A stretch of DNA of 64,000 nt from Candidatus Bathyarchaeota archaeon (GCA_963782525.1 CAWAKC010000010.1:1-64000); one strand, 5' to 3'; positions 38,478 through 49,391 are shown, counted from the first letter of the stretch. The notes: generated from the letters alone by a model not told the origin. Numbers and translations: made by a program.

Positions 38478-40310
38478 TTATCCACGTTTCATTCTTCTAT
38501 ATGCTATTAAAGTCAAAGCTGCAACGGCAACTGCAATTATAGCCCCGATGATAGTCGGAAATGTGGTTGAAGATGAGGTGCCATTTGTAAATTCAATGGT
38601 TAAATCACCATAGAAGGAATTGTTGAAATGATTTGTGCTCCATACATAGTAGTTGTCGACGTCTTGTGTGTAACTTTGATTTTGCACTTTTTGGTTGCCA
38701 ATGTAGACGGTCGGCGTGGGCCCGTAGGTTACTGCGTTTTTGGGGATAGTGACGTTTATGAAAGCGTTAGCGCCGGCGTCTCCCGTTACAGTAAAAGTCA
38801 GTTTTGATGTAGCCGAGGATTGGCTTGAAGTCAGGTTTGCCAAGGAGATTAACCCAAGAGATAAGTTTCCGTTAACTATAATGTCAACTTTGCCTCCGCT
38901 ATCTTTTGTTGCTTCCAAAAAAGTAGTCGAGGGAATTTGCTTTATTGTTGGGGTCGGCTCGGTTGAGTTTGGGGTGGCTTGCGGATTTGGTGCAGTTAAG
39001 AATGGAGTGAAATTAACGGCACCGAGGTTTGATTGTACTTTAGAATCTCGCATTGTTTGGTTTATTGCTTGAGCATCACTTGTTCCCCACCAGTTATTGG
39101 CTGCCTCTATGTTGCCTACAACATAGTCTATGGTGTGGTCGCCTCCGCGTTCAGGGTAGCCAAGGTACAGGTTGAAGACTTGGTTGTTGTATATGTTGTT
39201 GTTTATGATTGTTGGTTTGGCTTCGATGGCTGAGTAGTCGGATCCGTGGCTGTAAACGTCTATTCCGATGTTGCAGTTTGTTATGGTGTTGTTTTCAATT
39301 GTTGGGCTTGAACCAGCAATTTCTATTCCAAAAAATGGGTAGCCGTCAACTGTTAGCTTGTTTTGGATATAGTTTCTTTGTATCAAAGCAAAGGAACTTG
39401 TAACTGTGTTAATGCATGCTTCGCTGTAGCCAGTGAAGGAATTATCTGAAATAACGGCATTTGCGCGATAACCGATTGTGAGCCCGAAACCGCTGATTGC
39501 GGTTGCGTCACCTGCAAAGGTGTTGTTTGAGATTAGAAATGAACCGTTTTCTAAGTCGACTCCACCATCGGTGAAGGTGTTGTTATAGATTGTTGAGGAA
39601 CCGCATTGGTCTTGAAGACTGCATGTAAATACGTTATTGGTTATTGTCGCTGAGCCTGGGCCTCGAATTATAAGCAGTAGATCGAAAAAACCGCCGAAAT
39701 ATGTTGAGAACGCTTGGTTTTTGAAGATATCATAATTTAGCGTTATTGAGCTATTGCAGTTATAGTAGGTTATGCCCATTGCATCAAAAACAGTGTATTC
39801 AATTGCATTGTTTGAGCTTTCGTCTCCAAAGTTTATGGCTGCAATTTGGTCCTTGGTGGCGTCGGTGACGTTTCGGTTTGTATTAGCGAAAACAACATTG
39901 TTGATATTGGTTCCCTGCACTTTTAAGGTGCCGTTCACCTGCATGACATACCGGTAAAAGTTCACTGTCACTCCAGCCTCAATCGTTAAAGTTACACCTT
40001 TACTTACCAAAACATTTCCAGGAAGGTCGTATGGGCTGTTTGCTTTTGTCCATGTTGTATCTTGACTTATTACCTCTCCAAAACCTGACAAGCTCGATGT
40101 CGATGCATAGACGGGTAAAATTGGTAATGTTTTAACTGCAGAAGATTCAAAAAGCAAATTTGAAGAAACTACGAAAAACGATACTGAGAAAAGCATGACA
40201 ACAAGCACAATGGCAACCGGAGCAGAATAATTTTTCAGTTTAGAAGGCAAACGACTGGATGGCTGTGGACACCAACCCTTAAAACCTCCATATTGTTTGC
40301 GTAAGCCCAT
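38478..40310 (-). CDS. Right-handed parallel beta-helix surface protein
   Basis: DTTWTKANSPY, LTIEAGVTV, PbH1 repeats, NNWWG, C-terminal TM. Confidence 0.85.
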   Translation of the reverse strand: MGLRKQYGGFKGWCPQPSSRLPSKLKNYSAPVAIVLVVMLFSVSFFVVSSNLLFESSAVKTLPILPVYASTSSLSGFGEVISQDTTWTKANSPYDLPGNVLVSKGVTLTIEAGVTVNFYRYVMQVNGTLKVQGTNINNVVFANTNRNVTDATKDQIAAINFGDESSNNAIEYTVFDAMGITYYNCNSSITLNYDIFKNQAFSTYFGGFFDLLLIIRGPGSATITNNVFTCSLQDQCGSSTIYNNTFTDGGVDLENGSFLISNNTFAGDATAISGFGLTIGYRANAVISDNSFTGYSEACINTVTSSFALIQRNYIQNKLTVDGYPFFGIEIAGSSPTIENNTITNCNIGIDVYSHGSDYSAIEAKPTIINNNIYNNQVFNLYLGYPERGGDHTIDYVVGNIEAANNWWGTSDAQAINQTMRDSKVQSNLGAVNFTPFLTAPNPQATPNSTEPTPTIKQIPSTTFLEATKDSGGKVDIIVNGNLSLGLISLANLTSSQSSATSKLTFTVTGDAGANAFINVTIPKNAVTYGPTPTVYIGNQKVQNQSYTQDVDNYYVWSTNHFNNSFYGDLTIEFTNGTSSSTTFPTIIGAIIAVAVAALTLIAYRRMKRG

Positions 40311-40897
40311 ACTATTTACCTGTTATTTTGCCTTTGTTTTTGAATTAAATATCTCAAACTTAGACTCATTATTGCTCGCTATCTCACAGTAAGGCTTGAT
40401 AACCTTACAAAGTTAGGCAAGGTAGCTTGAAGATATAATGCTTCTCCATTTTCATCGTTTTTTAAGCAAAGTCTTGCTATTGCAGTTTTATGTCCACTTA
40501 GTAGCAAGCGATGGTTTTTAAGAAAGAAACTATAAAACGGCAATCACTTTTACTTGAAAGAAGAAAAAGCAGCGCCAAAGGCTCCTGCATAAACTTTTCA
40601 ATTCTCAGTGGTTTCCATTAGCAGCTTCATGCGGTTTTTTAATGCTCGATTAGTTTTTTGGTGTCTTCTATTTATTCAAAGGTGAGTTTTAAGGTGTTTA
40701 TGTCGGTTTTGCATGTTGTAAAATTGAATTTTGCGTTTGCGGTTAGTATTGCGATTTCGTCGTTGATTCCTTCGAATATGCGTTTGGGTTCTCTTTCTTT
40801 GAAGAGGGTTTTTTCAGGCGGTTGGTTATCTTTTTTCATGTTTTCACTCGTTACGTAATACTTTTTGTAGAAATGGTAACACAAAACTTATATTTGA

Positions 40898-40925
40898 GTA
40901 ATACTTTTTTAGATAAACGTGTTAC
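40898..40925. promoter_or_regulatory. Putative NikR operator overlapping the cbiM/nikM promoter
   Basis: GTAATA-N16-TGTTAC immediately after TTATAT (40888-40893); further half-sites at 40855 and 40876. Confidence 0.7.
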
Positions 40926-40947
40926 TGCGATAACGCGGAGAAAAAAC

Positions 40948-41637
40948 ATGCACATCCCCGACGGCTTCCTAACAATTAGCGTGATAATACCCACGTTCTT
41001 AATAGCAATAGTCTTCTGGGCAATTTCTGTTAAAAAAATAAGGGTAACCGAACAACAAGTACCTATAATGGGCTTACTGACCGCGCTTTTTTTTGCAGCA
41101 ATGATGATGAACTACCCAATAATCGGAGGAACAACCGCCCACCTTCTAGGCGGAGCATCACTGGGTCTGATACTGGGACCATTCGCGGGATGCATCTCAG
41201 TAACCATAATACTTGTTTTACAAGCATTTCTCTTTGGTGATGGTGGACTCACAGCGCTTGGCGCTAATACTCTAAACATGGCTATAATCGCAGTATTCGT
41301 ACCCTGCATAATCTTTCTAGTTATGAACAAGGCATTCAAAATAAAAGGCACTACATCATTGTATGCGACGATTTTCATTTCTGCATTCGTAGGAGACGTG
41401 CTTGCAGCGGTTTCCGCAGGTGTCGAACTCGGCTTGTCCCAACCTGTCTTCCAGTACGGATTAAGCGTAGCGGTTCCCGCAATGGCAATCAACCATTCAA
41501 TAATCGGCGTTGCAGAAGGCATAGTAACAGTAATCCTCATCGGCACTCTACTGAAACTACGTCCTGACGTTTTAGAGAAAAGCCCCATTTTGGGAAAACT
41601 CGGCATTTTTCAAAAAAAGAAAGAAACCACGGAGTGA
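40948..41637 (+). CDS. cbiM: Ni/Co ECF transporter S component (CbiM/NikM)
   Basis: N-terminal MHIPDGFL, GTTAHL, QAFLFGDGG. Confidence 0.93.
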   Translation: MHIPDGFLTISVIIPTFLIAIVFWAISVKKIRVTEQQVPIMGLLTALFFAAMMMNYPIIGGTTAHLLGGASLGLILGPFAGCISVTIILVLQAFLFGDGGLTALGANTLNMAIIAVFVPCIIFLVMNKAFKIKGTTSLYATIFISAFVGDVLAAVSAGVELGLSQPVFQYGLSVAVPAMAINHSIIGVAEGIVTVILIGTLLKLRPDVLEKSPILGKLGIFQKKKETTE

Positions 41638-41644
41638 ATAAACA

Positions 41645-41932
41645 ATGACAAGTAAAAACCAAAAAACCGTCATAGTCGGATTGGCTGTAGCTTTAATCTT
41701 TGTCTTAGTCGGTATCTTTGCATTTTCATATTCAATGGAGACACTCGATAAGCAGGCTCAACAGCTTGGGGTTGAAGAGAAGCCCGTGTATAACCCCCCA
41801 TTCGCTGACTACAACATTCCCGGAGTAGACAATGTCTGGGGAGCACTCATCATTGGCATAACAGGAACCCTGCTATTGTTCATTGTAAGCTTAGGCATTG
41901 CCAAAATTCTACGCAAGAAAAAAGGTAATTAA
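41645..41932 (+). CDS. NikN-like (PDGLE-type) accessory subunit
   Basis: 2 TM with PFADY loop, between the M and Q genes. Confidence 0.75.
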   Translation: MTSKNQKTVIVGLAVALIFVLVGIFAFSYSMETLDKQAQQLGVEEKPVYNPPFADYNIPGVDNVWGALIIGITGTLLLFIVSLGIAKILRKKKGN

Positions 41933-41933
41933 A

Positions 41934-42746
41934 ATGAAAGTATCACAATCGCTCAGAGACTTAGTCGAAGGCGCGGAATCCTTAGTCTATATTGAGGATT
42001 TAAGTAGCAAAAAAGGTGTATTGCAGTCCATAAACCCCTTAGCTAAACTAATAGCCATAGTCTCGATGATTGTGGCATCCCTCTGCATTTTTAATCTATC
42101 TTATTTAGTCGTAATTTGCGTAGTTCCAATTATCTTAGCGGTTTCGTCTAGGATTCCTCTAAAGCACTTCTTTTCAAGGACATCTCTTATTCCATTCTTT
42201 GCAGCAGTAATCTCCATACCCGTATTGTTCTTAACTTATGGTTCACCCATTTTATCAGCCAACGTTGGCGTAACCACCCTGACAATAACCTCCGAGGGCT
42301 TAGCGCGTTTCCTTGTTTTTACAGTTAGGGTTTGGTTCTGCGTAGCATCCCTCACATTACTAATACTGTCAACTGGGTTTGATAAAATGCTAAAACTCCT
42401 GTCCACCATAAAAGTACCTGCTGTCGTTGTGCAACTTTTTGCTTTAACTTATCGTTACTTCTTTGTCTCAATACATGAAGCCCAAAGCGTTTTGATGGCT
42501 AAAGAATCCCGAACCTACGTTCACAAAAGAACCATAAACATGCAAGCGCTTCGGGACTTAGGAACTATTCTGGCCACTTTATTCATCCGCACTTATGAAC
42601 GTTCAGAGCGGGTATATTTAGCGATGAAAGCTCGTGGCTTCGAAATAGACAACAGCGCCAAGTTATCAATGCCTGCCTTCCGTTTCAGAGACATATTTTT
42701 TGCGTCATCATTAATAATTTCGTTTGCGTTACTTGCCCTGTTATAG
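41934..42746 (+). CDS. cbiQ: ECF transporter T component (CbiQ/NikQ)
   Basis: NPLAKL, TYRY, RTYERSERVYLAMKARGF. Confidence 0.92.
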   Translation: MKVSQSLRDLVEGAESLVYIEDLSSKKGVLQSINPLAKLIAIVSMIVASLCIFNLSYLVVICVVPIILAVSSRIPLKHFFSRTSLIPFFAAVISIPVLFLTYGSPILSANVGVTTLTITSEGLARFLVFTVRVWFCVASLTLLILSTGFDKMLKLLSTIKVPAVVVQLFALTYRYFFVSIHEAQSVLMAKESRTYVHKRTINMQALRDLGTILATLFIRTYERSERVYLAMKARGFEIDNSAKLSMPAFRFRDIFFASSLIISFALLALL

Positions 42747-42759
42747 AAGGTCCATCTAT

Positions 42760-43593
42760 ATGGCCGAATCAATTGTCTCAGTGAAAGATGTGAAATTTAC
42801 TTATCCAGCAGGTGTTAGTGCACTCAAGGGTGTGTCGCTTGAGATTGGGCACGGCGAGCGTGTAGCCCTTTTGGGTCCGAATGGTTCGGGGAAATCCACT
42901 TTAATTCTTCTAATAGCTGGGTTGTTGATGCCCAGCAAAGGGGAAATCAAGGTTTTCGGTGAACCAACCACTTCAAAGAATTTTCAGAAATTCCGCTCGC
43001 GAATAGGCGTCGTCTTCCAGGATCCCGACGACCAACTCTTCACCCCAAGCGTAATAGAAGATATCGAATATGGTCCCAAAAACCTCAAACTCCCCGAAGA
43101 CGACATCAAGGAGAGAAGTGCGCATGTACTGGGTAAAATGGGTATTGAGCATTTGAAGGATCGACCGCCGCATAGGCTAAGTTTTGGGGAGAAAAAGAAG
43201 GTGTCTTTGGCTACGGCTTTGGTTTTGAAGCCAGAACTATTGATTTTAGATGAGCCCACTGCGAATCTTGACCTTGTTTCTCGAAGAGGTTTAATTGAAA
43301 CGTTGAATGAGTTAAACAAGGCAGGCACAACCATAATCGTTTCAACGCATGACGTTGAAGCGTTGCCAGAGTTAGCAGACAGAATAATTGTAATTAGTCA
43401 CGGTGCAATGTTTGGCGAAGGGGGGACTTCTGAGGTTTTGCAGGATTTGAAGCTTCTCGGATCTGCTGGCTTGGAGCCGCCTTCTATCGCTAAACTCTTC
43501 TCCGAGCTGAAAGCTGCAGGGCTCGTTAAGGAAATACCCATCACAATAAGTGCTGGTTTGCGGGAATTATGCGATCTGTTGAAGAAAGAATAA
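42760..43593 (+). CDS. cbiO: ECF transporter ATPase (CbiO/NikO)
   Basis: GPNGSGKST, FQDPDDQLF, LSFGEKK, LDEPT. Confidence 0.92.
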   Translation: MAESIVSVKDVKFTYPAGVSALKGVSLEIGHGERVALLGPNGSGKSTLILLIAGLLMPSKGEIKVFGEPTTSKNFQKFRSRIGVVFQDPDDQLFTPSVIEDIEYGPKNLKLPEDDIKERSAHVLGKMGIEHLKDRPPHRLSFGEKKKVSLATALVLKPELLILDEPTANLDLVSRRGLIETLNELNKAGTTIIVSTHDVEALPELADRIIVISHGAMFGEGGTSEVLQDLKLLGSAGLEPPSIAKLFSELKAAGLVKEIPITISAGLRELCDLLKKE

Positions 43594-43609
43594 CGTTCTA
43601 ACGGTATTT

Positions 43610-44020
43610 TTAGACGGCCACGATCATTGTTTTGAGGATTTTTACGCCTTTTTTTGTGGCAAGTTCATCGCTTAGTTTACGGATTTCGGAAGCTTTGCCT
43701 TTTACGGCTATTGCTTCTAGGCAGTCGCGTTCGCTAATGTGAAGGTGTAGCGTTGAAGATATAATCGTGGAATGTTGATGTTGCGCTTCGGTAAGTTTGG
43801 TTTCTAGTCCTATGGCATCGTGATCGTAGACCATCAGCAGTATACCAGTTTGGATTGCGTTTTCATTTTCTTGGATCCATTTTCTTTCTGAAACGAAAAG
43901 CGTAACTGCATCTTGGATTGCTTTGGAGCGGCTCGCATAGCCCATTTTGCTAATTATTTGATCGAAGTCATTGAGAAGCTCTGGAGGAAATGTTACTCCG
44001 ACTCGCGTTATTTTAGTCAT
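43610..44020 (-). CDS. nikR: Nickel-responsive regulator
   Basis: RHH N-terminus (RVGVT..SRSKAIQDA), YDH, HQH, LHLH, CLE. Confidence 0.93.
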   Translation of the reverse strand: MTKITRVGVTFPPELLNDFDQIISKMGYASRSKAIQDAVTLFVSERKWIQENENAIQTGILLMVYDHDAIGLETKLTEAQHQHSTIISSTLHLHISERDCLEAIAVKGKASEIRKLSDELATKKGVKILKTMIVAV

Positions 44021-44542
44021 GTGAATCGAAATTATAGGTAAAGAGTTTGCCTAAAAGCTTTTTCAATCGAACGGTAATAGTTTTCCTTTTTCAATATTCC
44101 CTTAGTTTCTGGGATTTTCCCTCGCCACCCAAACCTTGGCTTCCTCAAGTAGTCTATTCTGAGAATTTTTTTGCAAAAACTTGTGTGACTTTAATTTCAA
44201 GGTGCCCTGCAGTACTTTTTTCAGGTTTTGATCAAGAAGCAGTAGTCTCAACCTGCCTCGTAACGTGGACCATTAGCAAAGCCTGCAACACTCGCTTTAC
44301 AAGCCCCTGCCTTTCGGGTTCTCCTTATGAATGCGCTTCTAAAATCTCCAATTCTTTAACCCGCAGGAAAAACATAGATGCCTTGACTTAATAATACATG
44401 AAATTATAATTGTAGAATTCGGTTCACACAAAACTACAGCTATCAGGATTGGTCACATAAAATCAGATCTATAATGAGAAACCTCTTGGAATTTAGGTAG
44501 CTTTAAAAGTATTGAGAATCGGTTCTTAGAGGTTGACCGTTC

Positions 44543-45802
44543 ATGCCTCTGGAAAATCACAATAATCAATATGACAAACTCGAACATTGGCCTCCAATGA
44601 CATACAGAAATCTCTCAACCATCACTTCTGGGACTAAAGATGCCTTTATCGGCCTGCTTGAAACAGAAAACAAATCTAAACACAATATGGAATTGCAGCC
44701 GTGGATTCCATTCTGTGACGGCAAATGCACTTTCTGCTATTTCCCAGTAAACTGCGACAAGCAAAAAGTCGACCTATACATTCAAACGTTGAAAAAAGCG
44801 TTGAGTTTCTACGCTAAAAGTCGTTATGTTAAATCAAGCGTCTTTAGCGAGTTTTACATAGGAGGAGGAAGTCCATCTGTCCTTTCTGGAATCCAAATAG
44901 AAGAAATTCTTCGTTTTTGCAAAGAAAAATTCAGCTTCAATTCCAACTCTACCACCAAGTTCACCGCCTGCACTAACAATCTTACCGAAGAAAAAATCCA
45001 ACTTTTTTCTTCAAATGCGGTCGACCAATTGGACATAGGAATCCAAACCTTTAATGAGAGTCTTCGCAAGATTCTCATGCTCCGTGATAGTAGCACAAAT
45101 GCCAAGCAAAAACTCAAAGAAGTTAAGAAACATGGATTGCATGTTAGTATAGACTTGCTCTATAACCTACCAGGACAATCGATGGAACAATGGAAAGAAG
45201 ACTTGCGTCAATCGGTTGAATTAAACCTAGAAAGCGTTGATTGCTATCCTTTGGAGTTGTACCCTGGCACGCCGCTTGCAAACAGAATTGCCGCAGGAGA
45301 GCTACCGCCTGCTAATGGCGATGGGAAAGAACTTGAAATGTACCTTGAAGCATACTGCTTTTTCAAAGAAAACGGTTACGCTCCTACTTGCCATAATAGG
45401 TTTTCAAGGCTCAAAGAAGACTTCGACAAGCCGTCTTCGGAAGTAATTGGTACGGGAGCGGGCTTTTTCATGGGGCGTTTAGGAAGCTATCTATATTCAG
45501 ATATAGAAAACGTTGAAGAATACGTTGCTGCTGTTCAAAAGGGTGGTTTACCAGTTTCTAAGCTTGCTGAGCTTTCTTTGGAAGATGAAATGAGAACGGC
45601 TATGATGCTGATTTATGTTCGTGTTCCTGTAGATCGTGGAGAATTCAAGTCTCAGTTCGGCAAGTTTCCCGAAGAAGCCTTTCCAAAAGCTATTGATAAA
45701 CTCCAACGTATTGGGCTAATAAAGGTAGAAGATAATAAAATACGCTTAACTGAGAAAGGCGACCCGTGGAGATTCAATATCGCGTGGGAGTTCTTTAAGT
45801 AA
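44543..45802 (+). CDS. HemN/HemW-like radical SAM protein
   Basis: IPFCDGKCTFC, YIGGGSPS, GIQTF, DLLYNLPGQ. Confidence 0.85.
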   Translation: MPLENHNNQYDKLEHWPPMTYRNLSTITSGTKDAFIGLLETENKSKHNMELQPWIPFCDGKCTFCYFPVNCDKQKVDLYIQTLKKALSFYAKSRYVKSSVFSEFYIGGGSPSVLSGIQIEEILRFCKEKFSFNSNSTTKFTACTNNLTEEKIQLFSSNAVDQLDIGIQTFNESLRKILMLRDSSTNAKQKLKEVKKHGLHVSIDLLYNLPGQSMEQWKEDLRQSVELNLESVDCYPLELYPGTPLANRIAAGELPPANGDGKELEMYLEAYCFFKENGYAPTCHNRFSRLKEDFDKPSSEVIGTGAGFFMGRLGSYLYSDIENVEEYVAAVQKGGLPVSKLAELSLEDEMRTAMMLIYVRVPVDRGEFKSQFGKFPEEAFPKAIDKLQRIGLIKVEDNKIRLTEKGDPWRFNIAWEFFK

Positions 45803-45875
45803 GGATTTGGACGGAAACTCTGGCATAAAAGAAGACTCAGAAAAACTGAAATATTGTAATCGAGAATGGTACTGT

Positions 45876-46205
45876 TTACCGTTTTGGGTTAGCAACAATC
45901 CATTTTACGTTATCAAACCCATACCTTGCCAGTAGCGGCGCTAAAAAATTTGGCAGAACCTCGTCTGCTACCTCGCCCAAAACTACGGTGTCGCCTTCCT
46001 GATAAACCAGCGCTACACAGGAGATATCTTTTTGGTGTTCGTATTTAGATAGGATTTGCCAGTATTTTTCTATGCCTTTGCCTTTCTGGATGATCCAGAC
46101 GCATTTGTCGTTAGATGTTTCTTCTTCAAATGTGTTGAATGCGCGGACGACTTCAGCTACAGTGTTTGGGGTTTGGGCTGTTTTGACGCAGAACCAGATT
46201 GTCAT
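45876..46205 (-). CDS. Hypothetical protein
   Basis: Clean 109-aa ORF with no recognised motif. Confidence 0.55.
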   Translation of the reverse strand: MTIWFCVKTAQTPNTVAEVVRAFNTFEEETSNDKCVWIIQKGKGIEKYWQILSKYEHQKDISCVALVYQEGDTVVLGEVADEVLPNFLAPLLARYGFDNVKWIVANPKR

Positions 46206-46250
46206 GTAATCCCTATCGCAAATAAAGTTGACCGGCTTATTTGTTTCCTA

Positions 46251-46650
46251 TCAAACTTTTTTTCGCTTTGGTCTATTGATGGACCCCTGAATTCTTTTTC
46301 CTATGAAAACTATTGCAAGGATCGCTAAGCCAACTAGAACGATGGTTTCACCAGGCGCCGCATCTAAGATTACTGATGCCAATATACCGAATATTACTGT
46401 GATTAGGCCAATTATCGGTGAAAGTATAACCGTTTGTCTAAAAGATTTTGTAAGTTGAGGGCTGATTAGCGCCGGTAAGATAAGAAGTGCTGAAATCAAG
46501 AGCACACCAACTATAGGTATGGCAATAATTATGGCTACTCCAGCAAGAATGCTTAAGAGATAGTCAAAAACCCACGTCTTGATTCCTGCAGCTCGTGCCT
46601 GAGTTTCATCAAAAGTTATGTAAACCATTTCCTTGAAGAATACAAAAAAA
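46251..46650 (-). pseudogene. 3' remnant of a ZnuB/MntB metal ABC permease
   Basis: FKEMVYITFDETQARAAG, IVGVLLISALLILPA, APGETIV; N-terminal half absent. Confidence 0.8.
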
Positions 46651-46898
46651 CTTGAAGAACTAAAGGGAAATATAACCGCCACTATTTCAGTTCTATATAA
46701 CAAGGAAGAAAAAACGAGGAACTTTTCAAACTTCAACATGAATTTAGCGATGTGATTACAGCATATCTCCATTCACATCTTACTGAAACTAGCTGTCTTG
46801 AAGTTATGGTAATCAAAGGCTCTTCCAACCGGTTGAAAGGATTGATTGATGGGCTGAAGGCCAACAAACCCGTTAAACAAATTAAATTCTCCGTATGA
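46651..46898 (+). pseudogene. 3' remnant of a NikR-like regulator (metal-binding domain)
   Basis: LKGNITATISVLY / LQHEFSDVITAYLHSHLTETSCLEVMVIKG; RHH domain missing; not in the ORF track. Confidence 0.75.
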
Positions 46899-47221
46899 CA
46901 ACAGATGAATAAGAAGTAGTTTAGCTCAGTTTCCTTTCTGTTTCCCCCCAAAACCTCTATTGTGAAGCTACCTAATGCCCCGTTCCAACTTCGCCTCTCT
47001 ACTTAACATTGACAAGCTGCAAACACTCAGTAGCTTAGACTACAGTGTGCAACCACCCATACGCATAGCCTTTTCTAATCGTGTGTTATAGAAAATAGAT
47101 AAGGAAGCCTCAAACATAAAAGGTCAAGAAGCGAATGGGTGGAACCACATTTTGAAAACATGCTCTTTTGTCCTTCAGAAATAGAAGCTAACCTCTCTGA
47201 AAAAGGAATTAGATTTTACGG

Positions 47222-49321
47222 CTACATTTCTTGATGCTCATGAGTTGAAACTTGACTTTTTGCAACTGTTCCCGACTTAGTTTTAGATTCATATCGCTGC
47301 AAAGTCTGACTATTAATTGCCACCAATACCGTGCTAAGCGACATAAATATCGCCCCAACAGCAGGATCAATGACCACCCCTATACTAGTTAATACCCCTG
47401 CGGCCAGAGGAATGGCAAAAATGTTGTAGCCTGCTGCCCACCAGAGATTCTGAACCATCTTCGAATATGTTTTCTTTGAAAGCTCCATTACCCTCGGGAC
47501 ATCCAAAGGACTATTCCTTACAAGAATTATGTCAGCGCTCTCGACAGCAACATCAGTTCCAGCGCCTATTGCAATTCCTACATCCGCTGTTACCAAAGCC
47601 GGAGCATCGTTAATGCCATCCCCAACCATCGCCACCTTGTAACCCTGATCTTTCAACGACTTTATTTTCTCTGCTTTCTGATTAGGCAAGACCTGTGCAA
47701 AATAATTGTCAATGCCCAGCTTCTTTGAGACGCCTCTTGCAACCTCCTCAGCATCGCCAGTCAACATGTAGACTTTGACTCCTTTAGCTTTCAACTCCTG
47801 AACAGCCACTCGTGATTCTTCTCGAATCTTGTCGGCAAGAGCGAAGGCGCCTACAAGTTTTCTATTAACAACACTGAAAACAACAGTCTTGCCCTCACCT
47901 TGCAGCTCAACAAGTTTTTCGTCAGTTACCTCAATATTTAATTCTTTTAAAAGATTTGGGCTCCCAACATAAACATTGTTTGTTCCAACTTTTGCCTGTG
48001 CCCCTTTTCCTGGGATAGCTTTAAAATCTGAGGCCTTGGGAATTGCGATTTTCTTCATCCGAGTATGCTCAACGATAGCTTTTGCGATTATGTGCTCAGA
48101 GTTTTGTTCCACGGCAGCAGTCAAGCTGAGCAGGTCATCTTCCGAAATATATGAAACAACGTCAGTAACGCCAAACTGGCCCGTGGTCAAAGTGCCTGTC
48201 TTGTCAAAAACCACTGCGTTCACGTCTTTGATTTCTTCAAAGGCTCTTCGGTCTCTGATTAGAATCCCTCTTTTAGCTGTAATCGAAGTTGAAATAGCCA
48301 CAACCAAAGGAATCGCTAATCCCATTGCGTGAGGGCAAGCTATGACTAAGACTGTTACCGCTCGTGTGAGTGCAAACTGAGTGTTCCCCAAGGAAAACCA
48401 AACCAAGAACGTTATCAATCCAACTGTTACAGCAACGTAAAAGAGAAGTGCTGCTGCTCGGTTTGCCAAGTCCTGTGTTCGTGATTTGCTTTCCTGCGCC
48501 TGTCTGACCAGCTTTATAACCTGGGACAAGTATGTTTCCTCGCCGGTTTTTTCGATTATTGTTCTGAGCACGCCTTCTCCGTTTATTGCTCCGCCTATTA
48601 CCTTGTCCTTAGTTTGTTTGTGAACAGGTTTAGATTCCCCCGTGAGTAGGGATTCGTTCACGAACGATTCCCCTTCAACCACGATGCCATCTGAAGGAGT
48701 TTTCTCACCTGGTCGAATCAAAACAACATCGCCCACCTTCAACTCTGAAACGGGCACATCAACAATTTCCCCGTTCTTCACCAAATGAGCCAAAGTAGGC
48801 ATTATTTTCACAAGTTCTTCAAGCGCTCTTGAAGCGCCAAGAACACTCCTAGCCTCAATCCAGTGTCCGAGAAGCATTACATCAATTAGGGTGGCGAGTT
48901 CCCAGAAAAAGTCGCTTCCAACAGGGAAAAACACTGTTGCAGCCGAAAAGAAAAAAGCCACTGAGATAGCCGTGCTAATAAGAGTCATCATTCCGGGCTG
49001 AAGCTTCCTCACTTCTTCCGTCAGCCCTTTCAAGAAGGGCAAACCGCCATAAACGTAAATGACTGCGGCTAACAGTAGGAGAATATACGCTTGATAGGGT
49101 ATTGTAATAGTAAAATGAAACCATGTTTGAATGGTTTCCGAAAGAAGCAGAACAGGAATGGTGAGAGCGAGGCAAACAAAAAATCTTCTCTTAAACATTC
49201 CTGTATGCATCATGTGTCCAGATGGTTCATGCTTCATTCCCTGCATGGTTTGATTAGGCATTTTATGGTCCATTCCAGTATGTATGCTGTGGTCTGAAGC
49301 TTCGTTCTTCATTTCTCGCAT
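47222..49321 (-). CDS. copB: Copper-translocating P1B-3 ATPase
   Basis: His/Met-rich N-terminus, TGES, CPH, DKTGT, YN, MSLST. Confidence 0.93.
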   Translation of the reverse strand: MREMKNEASDHSIHTGMDHKMPNQTMQGMKHEPSGHMMHTGMFKRRFFVCLALTIPVLLLSETIQTWFHFTITIPYQAYILLLLAAVIYVYGGLPFLKGLTEEVRKLQPGMMTLISTAISVAFFFSAATVFFPVGSDFFWELATLIDVMLLGHWIEARSVLGASRALEELVKIMPTLAHLVKNGEIVDVPVSELKVGDVVLIRPGEKTPSDGIVVEGESFVNESLLTGESKPVHKQTKDKVIGGAINGEGVLRTIIEKTGEETYLSQVIKLVRQAQESKSRTQDLANRAAALLFYVAVTVGLITFLVWFSLGNTQFALTRAVTVLVIACPHAMGLAIPLVVAISTSITAKRGILIRDRRAFEEIKDVNAVVFDKTGTLTTGQFGVTDVVSYISEDDLLSLTAAVEQNSEHIIAKAIVEHTRMKKIAIPKASDFKAIPGKGAQAKVGTNNVYVGSPNLLKELNIEVTDEKLVELQGEGKTVVFSVVNRKLVGAFALADKIREESRVAVQELKAKGVKVYMLTGDAEEVARGVSKKLGIDNYFAQVLPNQKAEKIKSLKDQGYKVAMVGDGINDAPALVTADVGIAIGAGTDVAVESADIILVRNSPLDVPRVMELSKKTYSKMVQNLWWAAGYNIFAIPLAAGVLTSIGVVIDPAVGAIFMSLSTVLVAINSQTLQRYESKTKSGTVAKSQVSTHEHQEM

Positions 49322-49391
49322 GTTTTTTCCTCATGTCTATTGTGATTTTCACGTTTCAAAATTCATCAGGTTTCGTGCATTGTTATAGGTG

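Noticed and set aside
44047-44391. 114-aa ORF upstream of nikR
   Set aside because: No recognisable motif on either strand
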